The notes below the pieces were generated by a model that was not told where the DNA came from, searched no databases, and saw only the letters and a list, made by a program, of their open reading frames with translations. Shown here in pieces: positions 26,200 through 40,059 of a stretch of DNA of 64,000 bases. Position 1 is the first letter of the stretch, and each line of letters opens with the position of its first letter. The position numbers were made by a program, and so were the translations under genes. Source of the DNA: the human T2T-CHM13v2.0 reference genome, Homo sapiens; NCBI RefSeq assembly GCF_009914755.1, contig NC_060939.1; one strand, 5' to 3'.

Positions 26200-26398
26200 T
26201 AATAGGAGTTTTAGAAATCTGTTGTAATAAATGGTATACCAGAAAGTAAGATCCTCAGGCTTACACTCACCTCACCGTAATGCTTAAAAAGCAATTCAAA
26301 GCATGGGACAACTGCTAAGGGACTTTTCAGTTTTGAAAATGGTGAGAATTTCTAATTCTTCATGGGATCAGTAACAAAACAATGACACATACACTTAG

Positions 26399-26445
26399 TT
26401 ACAAGGAAATACAGAGGTAGAAATATTTTAACATGATATACTCAC
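26399..26445 (-). CDS. TUBGCP5: Alternative GCP5 C-terminus by read-through into intron 22 (CEYIMLKYFYLCISL-stop)
   Basis: in-frame continuation TGT GAG TAT ... TCC TTG TAA; downstream alternative donor and AATAAA. Confidence 0.6.
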
Positions 26446-26546
26446 AATGGGGAAAGGATCCTCTACAGACGGCTTTGTTTAAAATGGTTACAAGAAACAT
26501 ATGGCAGTTTTTAAAATCAGATTCCATTTTCTCTATAGATTCCATT
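26446..26546 (-). CDS. TUBGCP5: GCP5 exon 22 (101 nt; MESIEKMESDFKNCHMFLVTILNKAVCRGSFPH)
   Basis: cctag acceptor, ATT|gtgagt donor. Confidence 0.95.
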
Positions 26547-27388
26547 CTAGGAATAAAAGTAAATTTCAATTAAGTAAGTGCATTGCGGGTATATAGGTAG
26601 GCTTCAAGATATCTGTGGAGTAATTTCAAATGTATTTTGGTTTAATTATTTAAAATCCTAAATCTAAAGATTATAAAATAAAACACATAACGTCCTACCC
26701 TACTTTAAAATAAAAAATGTCAAAGTGTTTCAAAGGAAGTTTCATTAGGATATAAAACTGTGCTGTTTCCAGATAGTATCTAGTTCTGGAACTAGGAGGA
26801 CCAAAGATACTCCCTTTTCCTTTATACAGTCTTGTTTTTATTGTTTACAAGCATACATTCTCTTTGAAATAAAGAACACATTAAGGATATAAAACTTAAA
26901 ATCTGAAATTATTTTTAAAAAGGTTTTTTTTCTTTTTGAGATGGAGTCTTGCTCTGTCGCCCATGCTGGAGAGCAGTGGCACGATCTCGGCTCACTGTAA
27001 CCTCCGCCTCCTGGGTTCAAGTGATTCTCCTGCCTCAGCCTCCTGAGTAGCTGGGATTACAGATGCCCACCACCATGTCTGGCTAATTTTTGTATTTTTT
27101 GTAGAGATGGGGTTTCGCCATGTTGGTCAGGCTGGTCTCGAACTCCTGACCTCAGCTGATCTGCCCCCACTGGCCTCCCAAAGTGCTGGGATTGCAGTTG
27201 TGAGCCATGGAGCCTGGCTGCCTTTTTTTTTTTTTAGACAGAGTTTCGCTCTTGTTGCCCAGGCTGGAGTGCAATGTAGCGATCTCGGCTCACCACACCA
27301 CAACCTCTGCCTCCTGGGTTCAGCAATTCTCCTGCCTCAGCCTCCCAAGTAGCTGGGATTACAGGCATGCACCACCACGCCTGGCTAA

Positions 27389-27544
<156 letters not shown>

Positions 27545-28942
27545 TAAAGAAATATCAAACACTTTGTAAGAGAGAACTTCAGAAGGGGTTTCCATGGCCC
27601 ACTGCCCAGCCATGGCAGGTGCCACATGCCAAGCTTACACCTCCACAGCCCCACCACAATATTCAGAAGCAAACAGGAGACATCAGAGCACCACAGTCAT
27701 GAATATTTCATAAGTATAAATGTATACTTTAAAGATAAAGACTCCTTTCAAAACACAGCCACAACACCATTTGCTCAAAAATATCATCTAATAGCATTCA
27801 AGCAAATTTCACATTGCTTCTACAATTTTTCACTTTTCGGCTTTAAGTCTCAATCAGGAACAATTAACTTATCCATAAACTGCGATGGTTGATAGACTTC
27901 TTAAGTTCCTCACCCCCTGTATTTTTCTCACATTTATTTGTAAAAAAACCTGAAAGAGTTGAATTTCAGCAAAGCATATGCAGCAGTGTTATTTCTCCTC
28001 CACCCCAAAGTGAGACAAAAAAAAAAGAAAAAAAAAAAGCAAAATATATTTTGCACACTTTGAGCCAGCAATATAAAGCGAGGAAGACTTCTATTTCCAT
28101 CCCTGCAGCTATGGCTTCATCTACTACCTTAGTTTCTTGATTCCGAGTACAGCCAATGGGAGATTTCGAATTATACTAGCACTCAAATGAATTCTTACTT
28201 CCTTACTGACATGGAGTAAGTACAGTCAACCAAACATGCACTTTTATTTCATGGAAGTAACAGCAGAATTACTGTTGCACTGACTTTATAAACAGGACAG
28301 GTAACAAAATATTGAGCTGTACACTGGAGTTAACAGTAGAGGATGGCAGTGCTAGAGGGAGCTGCTCCCGGGCCACTTCCCCTGATTCAGTGCACTTGCC
28401 TATGTGATGTGTGTGAATAACAAACACTCTCAAAACACAGCATCTTTTAGAGCTCATCCAAAATACAACTTTGGAGAATAGTCTAGCATGATGTCCAGAA
28501 TTTGATTTAAAATAATTCAGCAAGTGTGACTGGGGAGGTGGGCACAGACATGACAGAGCTGTCCTCACTGGCACAGCTGAAGCAGGTGCCATCACGGTGT
28601 TCACAACACTGTCTTTGCCACTTCAGTTTGAAGGTGTCCATGATAAAAATTTAACAAAACGTACACAATATAACATGAGTATAATCTAAAAATGTTTGCT
28701 TGTTTAAATCAGAAGACCTCAGATTTTTAAAAATGTTTTACTTCTCAAAAAATACTTGCACTTTTTTTTTTTTTTTAAAGACTGGGTTTTGCTATGTTGC
28801 CCAGGCTAGTCTTGAACTCCTGGGGTCAAGCAATCCTCTCCTCTCAGCCTCCTGAATGGCTGGGAAGACCCTGTCTCTAAAAAAAAGGGAAGCTGAAGCT
28901 GAAATGGTCACAGTGCAGATGCTGCAGAAATCACATACTTAC

Positions 28943-29031
28943 CGCCAAGTGCCCAGGCCTGCCTGCCAACCGTCTGCAAACATGAGAGCCAAGTTCAACA
29001 CCTTCATGATAGCTTCTTTCACAAAGCTGAC
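28943..29031 (-). CDS. TUBGCP5: GCP5 exon 21 (89 nt; VSFVKEAIMKVLNLALMFADGWQAGLGTWR)
   Basis: tgcag acceptor, GCG|gtaagt donor. Confidence 0.95.
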
Positions 29032-29494
29032 CTGCAGACCAAAGTCACAGAACACAAACTGTGTAACTAGGTTTGGACACTGATACCAACACTTTTACCT
29101 ATTTTAAATGAATCACAGAAAAAGTTCATCACCACAGTGACCGCCTTCTGTGTATATGGAAGGGTACTAGGCTCTGAACCATGCCCATTTGGGACCAGGC
29201 ACATGCATTCACTGAATGTAAGATACAAGTGATATTAGCAGTACAGTCAAACCAACAAAACAAACTATTAAGACCTTTTCCTGGGATGGCCATTTAAATT
29301 CACCAATGAAACTAGGACAAATAATTGCAATGGTTTTAACATTACTGAATTCTATCTATTCACATGAAGTGGACATGCTATTGCTCCGCAACTGCAGACA
29401 CAATTTTCCAAATGAATCCAAGAGTAACGCAGAGTGAGTGTTGACTATCACACATAGTTCTCATGTTGCTCTTAGATACAATTTCTACGAATAG

Positions 29495-29749
<255 letters not shown>

Positions 29750-29979
29750 TGAACTCTTGGCCTCATAAGATCTGCCTGCCTCAGTTTCCCAATGTGCTGG
29801 GATTACAGGCATGAGCCATTGTGGCCGGCCTGGGGCATTTGTTTGTAACCTCATTTCATCTGGTTCTTCCTTAAAGAATATTCTACAGGACAGAAGCTTA
29901 ATCATCATAAAATTCCAAAGCACGCAGACAGCGCCACTCGCCCAGCAGTGGCCACATCTGCAGGAGACATCTCATGTAC

Positions 29980-30105
29980 CTTTTCTCTCAGCAGACACCG
30001 GTCATGGATGGTTGACAGATACCTATAGTGAATTTTAATCAATTGATCTAAATCCTTGGCTTCCTCGACTTGATGTTGAAACTCCAGCCCTGTACTGTGT
30101 AGAAT
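29980..30105 (-). CDS. TUBGCP5: GCP5 exon 20 (126 nt; ILHSTGLEFQHQVEEAKDLDQLIKIHYRYLSTIHDRCLLREK)
   Basis: ccaag acceptor, AAG|gtacat donor. Confidence 0.95.
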
Positions 30106-31309
30106 CTTGGAAGAGAAAGATAAAAAGCTTCATCAGCAGCCTTCTTTGAGGACTTGTGTGCTGCACACAAATCTTTTTTACTAAGCTCTTCTACTCCTCT
30201 CAAATTCTTCCTTCAATAAGCACATCTAGACAGTTTCATAAAGTACCATTCTTCAAAGGCTGGCTGGATACTCTGGCGTTCTGATCCTAAGAGGACGGCG
30301 GGGGCAATCCTGTAGGACGCCCACTTGCACAGTGAATGAATGAACACCAAACTCTGGACTAACAGACTTCCTGGCAGGAAGGGGCAAGCACATTAAGCTG
30401 TATATAAGACACATCGATAAAAAAAAAATCAAGTAAATGTGTTACTTTTATACAAATAATTACAGTGAATTTATGTTTCTTAAGTTCCTTTTCTCATACA
30501 TTGATCTTTCTCTAAAATGAGTATAAGTATACCTCAAATAAAAAACAAACTAAGAAAAAACTTAAACTCTTATCATTTACTCTTAACAATTAGGGGCTTA
30601 ATGAAGGCCAACCTTGTGAAGGCAGTAATGCAGTCAGGGGAAACGTGGAGCCCCTCTGCCATAGCCTTCCCATCCAAAACACAGGCTTCAGTGGCTCACT
30701 TCACCCAAGCAAGTTGGGTTTCAGAACTCACAGACCAGGTATAAACAGGTCTAAACAACAATTCAAACCCCAAATGCATACTGTCCTCTAATAATACTGC
30801 TCTTGTTCCAATTTCTGAACGCTTCTTTTAGAACTTCCCCTAGAACTGGCTTTTAGATGTATCAGAAAAATAATTTCATTTACTTTGTAGTGAGTTCTTG
30901 TTTTTAAGAAAAAAGTCTATAACCTGGCTGCATCTTCCTCCCACACACCGTAGTGGATTTTGGCTGTTATTAAACATTGGAGCCATTTTTTAGGGACAGC
31001 TGTCACCACTATTGAAACCTAAAGGACTATGCGGCACATTCTGAAGGCAATTCCAGAAGACGAGCTGTGGCTGTGCCTGTCCCCAGGGGCTGCTGGACTG
31101 GAGGGACAACAGCCTCTGGATACACATATTCCGGTATATTTACAAAAACATTCCTCCCACTGCCATGTTATTTTATGATCAAATTTGCTACATGTCCCGT
31201 TTTCACAGTCTGTAGGTATTTTTTACTTATAAACATAGTATGAGTAATTCTCTACGAACAACTGTATAGATACGACGATAGAACTGAAGCAGATGGGAGA
31301 GGCACAAAC

Positions 31310-31488
31310 CCTGGTCATGATGTAGTTGTGCAAGCTGTTCACGAAATGCATGAGCTTCACTCTTAAGAGGAACATGCGATGAATCTGCTGTCTTACTGGT
31401 TCTTTTTGTGGTCCGAACTGAGCAACTGTGTCTTGTTCATGTATAAGGCCTTCTTTAAGTCGTGGTTTTTCTGCAGTACTAACCAGTT
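31310..31488 (-). CDS. TUBGCP5: GCP5 exon 19 (179 nt; ELVSTAEKPRL...FVNSLHNYIMTR)
   Basis: inside ORF 31223..31543; tatag acceptor, AGG|gtttgt donor. Confidence 0.95.
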
Positions 31489-31932
31489 CTATAAAACATT
31501 GGAAGAGCAAAGTGGACAGAAAGAGCATCAACTCAAACCCCACTGCACCATGACGCCTGGCAGAAACACTGACGGATGTGGTCCTGGCACCACAGAAAGC
31601 ACTGGCAGGGGTGGCAGGAACCGAACCTCAGTGCCTCTGGAAGGTGCAGTGGGAAAAGTTTCCTGTATCACTTTTCCTAATCAAGTTGTTGCATTTCAGA
31701 TCAACTGTACATACAACTTCCTGATCTTTCTTTCAGGCATTTGATGTCCATAAAACTACTGCTAGAATACGCACCATTTTGGCATTTGTGTACACATAAA
31801 AAATGATCAACAACCACCAACTTCTTTTTTTTTTTTTCCAGATCCCCGTATGCTTCCCTTTCCCATTAACCTCTTTTATTAAGGGCTAAAATTAAATAAA
31901 ATTACAATTTATCTGCTGAAAACAAATCTTAC

Positions 31933-32053
31933 CACCAAAAAGTAAAACATCCAGACTATATTTTGCCCACTTTATTTGCAATAAGAGAAGAAACACTTGA
32001 TTATAAATTTTTTGACATTCCAAACTTATAACAATGTCCACGGGCCATGGGAC
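31933..32053 (-). CDS. TUBGCP5: GCP5 exon 18 (121 nt; VPWPVDIVISLECQKIYNQVFLLLLQIKWAKYSLDVLLFG)
   Basis: catag acceptor, GTG|gtaaga donor; YKVPWP GRIP2 motif spans exons 17/18. Confidence 0.96.
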
Positions 32054-32148
32054 CTATGAAACAAAAACAAAATTAGAAAGTAACCAATTACTTGCATGTT
32101 TTAATGTTAGCAGAAAACACGGTTCATACAAGGAATATCAGCATATAC

Positions 32149-32233
32149 CTTGTAGCTGAGGGTCAGACCATCTAAGATATGAACAGGCAGCTTCTTCTTA
32201 GCTGTGTCAACATTTTCAAAAGATATAGATAGA
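32149..32233 (-). CDS. TUBGCP5: GCP5 exon 17 (85 nt; LSISFENVDTAKKKLPVHILDGLTLSYK)
   Basis: tttag acceptor, AAG|gtatat donor. Confidence 0.95.
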
Positions 32234-33065
32234 CTAAAGAAAGAAATTCCAGTTTTAGTTTGTGAAAGCACTATGTCACACAAAAATGCTCTTTTAAAAT
32301 AATTGGTATTTCATTTACATAATATTCTCCAAAAGATACTGCATTTCATAAAAGAAATGCAAACATTCCAACAAATGTATCTCTTCTAACATATATTCCA
32401 GAGCAGAAATTTGGATTTAGAAACAGAGAGGGAGAAAACTTTTAAACAATGAGTTTAGTTAAAGAGACACTTAACAATGGTAGTAATTAGAAAAAGGATG
32501 AAGCTGAGGAAGACAGTAAACTTCAGGCAATGGCTGGGAAGATGAAGCCTCTGCTGAGGTTGGGGGTGGGCAGGAGAGGACGAGCAGAGCAGCTCGACGG
32601 AGCCGAGCATGTGGTGAGAGTACTGCTTCGAGAGCCCCATCGAGATGGGATGGGGTCTGCTTCTACACCAGAGGCACTGTGCAGTGCTTCATCCACAAGT
32701 TCCTGAGACAGGTTTGAATGTGACTCACAGAGGAAAGCAAGCATCTAACATGGACATGAAAATGTCCAAGTGCCAGGCACTATTATGTGTCCTTAGCTCA
32801 TTTAATCCTCAAAATACTCCCATCAGTGGTTCCTGAGAAATGATGTCCTCTTCCACAGTCACAGAGGCACTAAGAGGGGATGCCTGGATGCATATGAAGA
32901 AGGTTTAAAGTGGGGAGTTAACTTCCAAATCAGAGATGTCACAGGGCAGTGTGTGATTATGAACTGGCTGATCCATGACACAGGCACTAGTCAGAATTTT
33001 TAGCTCTTTGCCGGGTGCGGTGGCTCACACCTGTAATCCCAGCACTTTGGCATCCTCGAGGATCA

Positions 33066-33291
<226 letters not shown>

Positions 33292-34117
33292 TTAATGGCC
33301 TGATATGTATGCATTCACTCAGTGCTTAGTAGGCATCTACCAAATACTAATACTAAGTTAGGTGCTGCACTGAGCAGGCAATAGAAAGCCAATCTCTCTT
33401 CCCTCCAGGGACTCCCAGCCCAGTGCAGCACACGAAGACAAGGGGGATGTAGGAATGAGCAGACCTCTGCCGGGCCCATGAACTGGAGACTATGTCACAG
33501 GGGGGCGGGAGGACAGCATTAGCAGACACCAGAAATATTCTGAAATCCCTGAAACGCGAAGGAAGACAGGAAAGAGAACATGGTGTGTATGTGTGCAAGA
33601 CATGAGGCTGGGAAAATGGAGCCAGACAGTAAATAGCTTTCTCCCTTCTAAGACAAAGCTTAGTCCATCTGTTTAGGAGGCACCCACGGGGAGCATAGGG
33701 ATGAGTGGTGGAAGTCACTGCTGGTGGTCTGAGGTCACCCTGGTGAGGGTCAAGTCCGTTTTGGTGGAAGGGAGTGAGGCTGAGAGACACAGAGGTCATT
33801 GGGGAGTTCTGAGCCAGTTCTGAGAGGTCAGGGGCATTCTCTAGGAGGCAGGACTGAAAAACCTCATGTGTGGGAGCTCAGGGAGAGGAAGCACTGACTC
33901 CAGCCATGTGAAGGAGGCCATCAGACCCTGACAGGTCGTATGGTGGCAACTTTTTTCTTTTTTTATAGGGACGAGGTCCCACTATGTTGCCCAGGCTGGT
34001 TGCAAACTCCTAAGCTCAAGCAATCCTCCCACCTTGGCCTCCCAAAGTGCTAGGATTACTGGCATGAGCCACTGCATCTGGCCATATGGTGGCATCTCAA
34101 CGTCTTTTGTTGTTTAG

Positions 34118-34376
<259 letters not shown>

Positions 34377-34579
34377 TGATCCACCGCCTCTGCCTCCCAA
34401 AGTGCTGGCATTACAGGTGTGAGCCACCGTGCCTGGCCTCCATTTTCTAATAAGTAAAATAATATTAGTAAAACTCATAGGAATAGTGAGGATAAAATAA
34501 TATGTGTAATTCATAGAAGACTTACTGGCACATAGTTCATGTTACACTAATTTAAATAAAGGTGGCGTCCATATTTTAC

Positions 34580-34762
34580 CGTGAACTATCTTCAGGATAA
34601 CGCTGTCCTACTGCTTCTTGGAGTTGGACATTAAGAAAAGACACATTCTGCCATGTTTCCTTTTCTCTTATTTTATCAAAAATTGACGTGTAGAAGTCAT
34701 ACATGGTATCTCCTCCTTCCATTAAGAAAAAATTCCTCATAGCTTGCAAGTATTCTACCAAC
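34580..34762 (-). CDS. TUBGCP5: GCP5 exon 16 (183 nt; LVEYLQAMRNFFLMEGGDTMYDF...YPEDSSR)
   Basis: inside ORF 34576..34830; ttcag acceptor, ACG|gtaaaa donor; L..R.FFL..GD GRIP2-type motif. Confidence 0.96.
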
Positions 34763-35114
34763 CTGAATGGAGAGAAAATGAGTGACACTAAGATCTCTGG
34801 CATTCGTAAGGCAGGATTCTGGATCAACAACAGGTTTTGTAACCTGTTTTTAGTGGAACAAGTTTACATTCTACATTTACTAAAATTAGAAATATTAACA
34901 CCTCTTAAACTTGTTCCAATAATAAAAACAGCATAGGTTTTCCTTTCATCATCAGAAAGGTTATCTTCTATAACATTATAGAAAATTGGGCAGTCACAAA
35001 AATGTAACAAAAAAAAATCCAAATCCCATCATTTATGGTGGATTTCCATCATTAATATTTAATATCTGGAATGTTTCTTTCCTGTCTTCTCTTCTATGTG
35101 TTAAGAAAACCTAG

Positions 35115-35449
<335 letters not shown>

Positions 35450-35825
35450 AATTGCCATAATTTTTATGAACTTTACAAAGTTCATATGTGGGTATGTATA
35501 TGCCATATTTATGGATATGCATAGTTTAAAAAACTAGTCATCTATCACTAAGTAATTTAGTGTTTTTCATTCTGATAACAAACTTTGTAATTTTTCTACA
35601 AGCTTTTTCTGTATTTCTTTTGGGAAAGATTCTCAGAAATAAAGAATTAAGTTTCAAAACATAGTTAAGAAAATATTGATGGTCAATTGATTTCTCTTAG
35701 AAAATTGTTTACTGTATATCCATTTCCTACTCTAATAAAAATTGAAATAGGTTTTAAAATAATCTCAACTGTTCTTCAAGTACAATCAACTATTTACTAC
35801 TTCCAAAATTAAATTACTCTTTTAC

Positions 35826-36014
35826 CTGTAATCTTTTTTTAGAGTTTGCATGAGATTTCCACAGCAATCTAGATACTGCTTGTCAATATGAGGATAGAGG
35901 CAGGATCTCAGCGTTAATTCAAAAGTCTGGCATGTCACAGATTCCGATGATCTATCCACACATACATCACCACCAGCAAACTTCTCGTGAAAGTCACTCT
36001 GCTCCAAATACATC
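35826..36014 (-). CDS. TUBGCP5: GCP5 exon 15 (189 nt; MYLEQSDFHEKF...LMQTLKKDYR)
   Basis: matches ORF 35822..36013; tgaag acceptor, CAG|gtaaaa donor. Confidence 0.96.
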
Positions 36015-36576
36015 CTTCAAGATAAAAATGTGAGTCTTCTTTTTATGAGCTGCTGTCAACAGAACTCTCTTAAATCAAAACCCTGAAGTTCCATTTTTAC
36101 CTTTAGTCTTGAAGTTACCAACTATTACAGAAAGAGAAAAATCTTTCTCCCAAAAATATCCTTTGAGTGAACCAGTCTCTTGAAGTTGCCACTGACTTAG
36201 GGTCAGGTACTAGAGCTGGTCTTTCTAGTGATTAGGGCTGGACACAGCAAATGCTGGCCATTAGACAACCGGGAACTGTGTGGGTATTAATGACTTACTC
36301 TAATGGACTAAGTGCCTAAAAGCAGCTTAAGCCCAGGACATATTATATGCCAGTGGGGACCCTGACTCAATGGGTGTCCAGGGCCCACTCATGGCCCAGA
36401 GTTTCAGCATCTTCTGGGTAAATGATGACATTTCCAGGGGCCCGAGGGCACAGACAAAAGTTGTACCACATGGTGGCAGGGCCAAGTCTGCAGACTTCCA
36501 CAAACGACATGGAATCCAAACTATACACCTGAAGTAGGTGAGCACAACATCTTGTATTCTGCTTGTTATAAAGGAT

Positions 36577-36900
36577 AGGCATGGCATGGTGGCTCACACC
36601 TGTAATCCCAGCACTTTGGGAGGCCGAGGTGGGCAGATCACCTGAGGTCAGGAGTTCGAGGCAAGCCTGGCCAACAGGAGGAAACCCCGTCTCTACAAAA
36701 AATACAAAAATTAGCGGGGCATGGTGGCACATGCCTCTAGTCCCAGGTAGCTGGGAGGCTGAGGTAGGAAAATTGCTTAACCTGGGAGGCAGAGGTTGCA
36801 GCAGTCAGCCAAGATCACACCACTACACTCCAGCCTGGGTGACAGACTGAGGCTCCATCTCAAACAAACAAAAAAAAAAAAGGAAAAAGAAAAAAGAAAG
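36577..36900 (+). mobile_element. AluS-like element, intron 14
   Basis: full Alu body with A-rich tail. Confidence 0.85.
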
Positions 36901-37013
36901 GATAGCCTACAAGAGTTTTTGTTTTTAGCCCTACCTGCCAGAAATAAACAGTTAGCAAACATTGCACAAATGATGCCATTTCAATTACTGATAACCTTGC
37001 AGGTGTGTCTCAC

Positions 37014-37212
37014 CTTGCAAAGTTAATGGCAAGCAGTGGATCATGAACATCATCCAGTTCAAGATGGCTTTCAGCAATGGACTGCATCTTCATCAGGTTC
37101 TCCTTGGTTGCCTGTTGCTCAGTAAGAACCTGTGGAGTGGAATCTTCTCCATGTCGAAGACGGGACTGTACAGATTCCAGAAAGAGAGTGTATAAACTTT
37201 TTCTTTCTGCAT
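37014..37212 (-). CDS. TUBGCP5: GCP5 exon 14 (199 nt; DAERKSLYTLFLESVQSRL...DPLLAINFAR)
   Basis: ttcag acceptor, AAG|gtgaga donor, open frame. Confidence 0.95.
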
Positions 37213-37382
37213 CTGAAACATAAAGAAATATGTAAGGTGAACTAAGTTCTGTTTAATCATATTAAGTAACATTCTGTTTAATCATATTAACATTAACAAT
37301 ATATTAAGTAACAAAATCTATATATTTATATATAAATATTAAATATATGTAAATATTAAATATATATATTTATATATAGTAA

Positions 37383-37700
<318 letters not shown>

Positions 37701-37712
37701 TAAATAATATCA

Positions 37713-37943
<231 letters not shown>

Positions 37944-40059
37944 TCACGCCACTGCACTCCAGTCCAGTTTGGGCAATAGGAGTGAAACCTGTCTCAAAAA
38001 AAAAAAAAAAAAAAGAGTAAGATCCTAATCAGCACACTTGAAATTTATTACAATACTGCATAACACTATGGTAACCCTGATAGGAGTCGCAGTCTCATTG
38101 GAAAAAACACTTCTGACAGTGGCCCTGGGAAGCTCACTACATAAGAAGGAAATATTCCACAAAGTGAAAATAAGTATTGCATCTACTTATTTCAAGTAGA
38201 TACAATAATATAATTAACATAACATTGAGATGATTGAGATGTATAAATAAGGTCACATCTTTATCTTCCAAGCCTTTTTAGTCAGTTGATAAAACTTTTT
38301 TTTTTGACATGGAGTCTCACTCTGTCACCAGGCTGGAGTGCAGTGGCATGATCTCGGCTCACTGCAATCTCTGACTCCCTGGTTGAAGCGATTATCTTGC
38401 CTCAGCCTCCTGAGTAGTGGGGAATTACAGGCCCATGCCATCATGCCCAGCTAATTTTTGTATTTTTAGTAGAGATGGGGTTTTACCACGTTGACCAGGA
38501 TGGTATCGATCTCCTGACCTCGTGATCTGCCTGCCTCAGCCTCCCAAAGTGCTGGGATTACAGCATAAAACTTTGAATATATTAAATTGCATCATTTTCT
38601 TGAAATTTATGATCGAGTCTGAACTGCTCATAAGAAATTCTTATCAGCCATGGTTCACGGCCCTCAAGGGCTAAACGCTGCATTGCATTAAGAAATGCCA
38701 GAAGGGCTGGTTGTGGTGGCTCACGCTTGTAATCCCAGCACTTTAAGAGGCGGGTGGATCAGCTGAGGTCAGGAGTTCAAGACCAGCTTGGCCAACATGG
38801 TGAAACCCCATCTCTACTAAAAACACAAAAAATTAGCCGGGCGTAGTGGCTCACATCTATAGTCCCAGCTACTTGGGAAGCTGAGGCATGAGAAATCACT
38901 TGAACCTGTGAGGCAGAAGTTGCAGTGAGCCGAGATCATGCCACTGCACTCCAGTCGCCAGCAAGGTGGCTGCCTGGAGACGTCTGGTGTTCCTCTCCCA
39001 ACAGCAAGAGAGGACCAAAGCAACGAATCAACAGTTAAGATCCGACTGGAGGCTGGGGGTGGTGACTCACACCTGTAATCCCAACACTTCAGGAGGCCGA
39101 GGCGGGCGGATCATGAGGTCAGGGGATCGAGACCATACTGGCTAGTATGGTAAAACCCCGTCTCTACTAAAAATACAAAAAAATTAGCCGGGCACGGTGG
39201 TGTGCACCTGTAGTCCCAGCTGCTGGGGAGGCTGAGGCAGGAGAGAACCCAGGAGGCGAAGTTCGCAGTGAGCCGAGATCGCGCCGCTGCACTCCAGCCT
39301 GGGCGACAGGGAAAGACTCCGTCTCAAAAAAAAAAGATCCGACTGGAGTTGAAGGGCGAGTGCTGGAGTGCAGAGGGGGAATGTGACACAGTGTTGGTGA
39401 CTGGAGGCCCAGGAGGGCAGTGTGGAGGCTTCCAGCCTCTGCAGCTTCGCAGAACAGGCTGGTCTGGAGTCAAGAAGGACTTCCCATTGTAGGGTAAGGG
39501 TAAGCAGAAGAAACCCACCAGCCCCCACAAACACCTACAGTCATTACTACAGGAGGATTCCACAGTTCCCACGAGCTCTGAGCCCAGTTTGGAGAGCTGC
39601 TGGGAATTCACGCAGCTGCCTTGCCCCGGGTTAGGGGCACAAGGTGTGCCTTCCCCACCCACCCCTTTGAGCCAAGCTGTTGCAGCATGGCACCATCTTC
39701 AGACCAGAGCCACCTCTGGAGCACGCCCTCCTCTGGGCCAGTAGCTGCTGCACCTCTCCTGCACCCCAGCCACTGGGGCTCCATCCTCATTCCACCAAGG
39801 CCACAGGGATGGCTGAACACCACAACCCCAGCTATGTGGAGCCTGGGCCCAGGATCGACTGGTGATTCTGGTCCTGCACAGCAGAAAAACCAGCCCCTGC
39901 CACTGCACTTTCAGACAGAGGAACAGTCTGGCAGCCCCAACAGACCAAACCCATCTTTGAGCTGGCCAAATTGCTGTGCCATCTCTAGAGGGTGGGAACA
40001 GACCCCTGAGCTTCCTACCAGCTGACATGCCTCCAGGCTGGTGAAGCAGTTACAGACCT

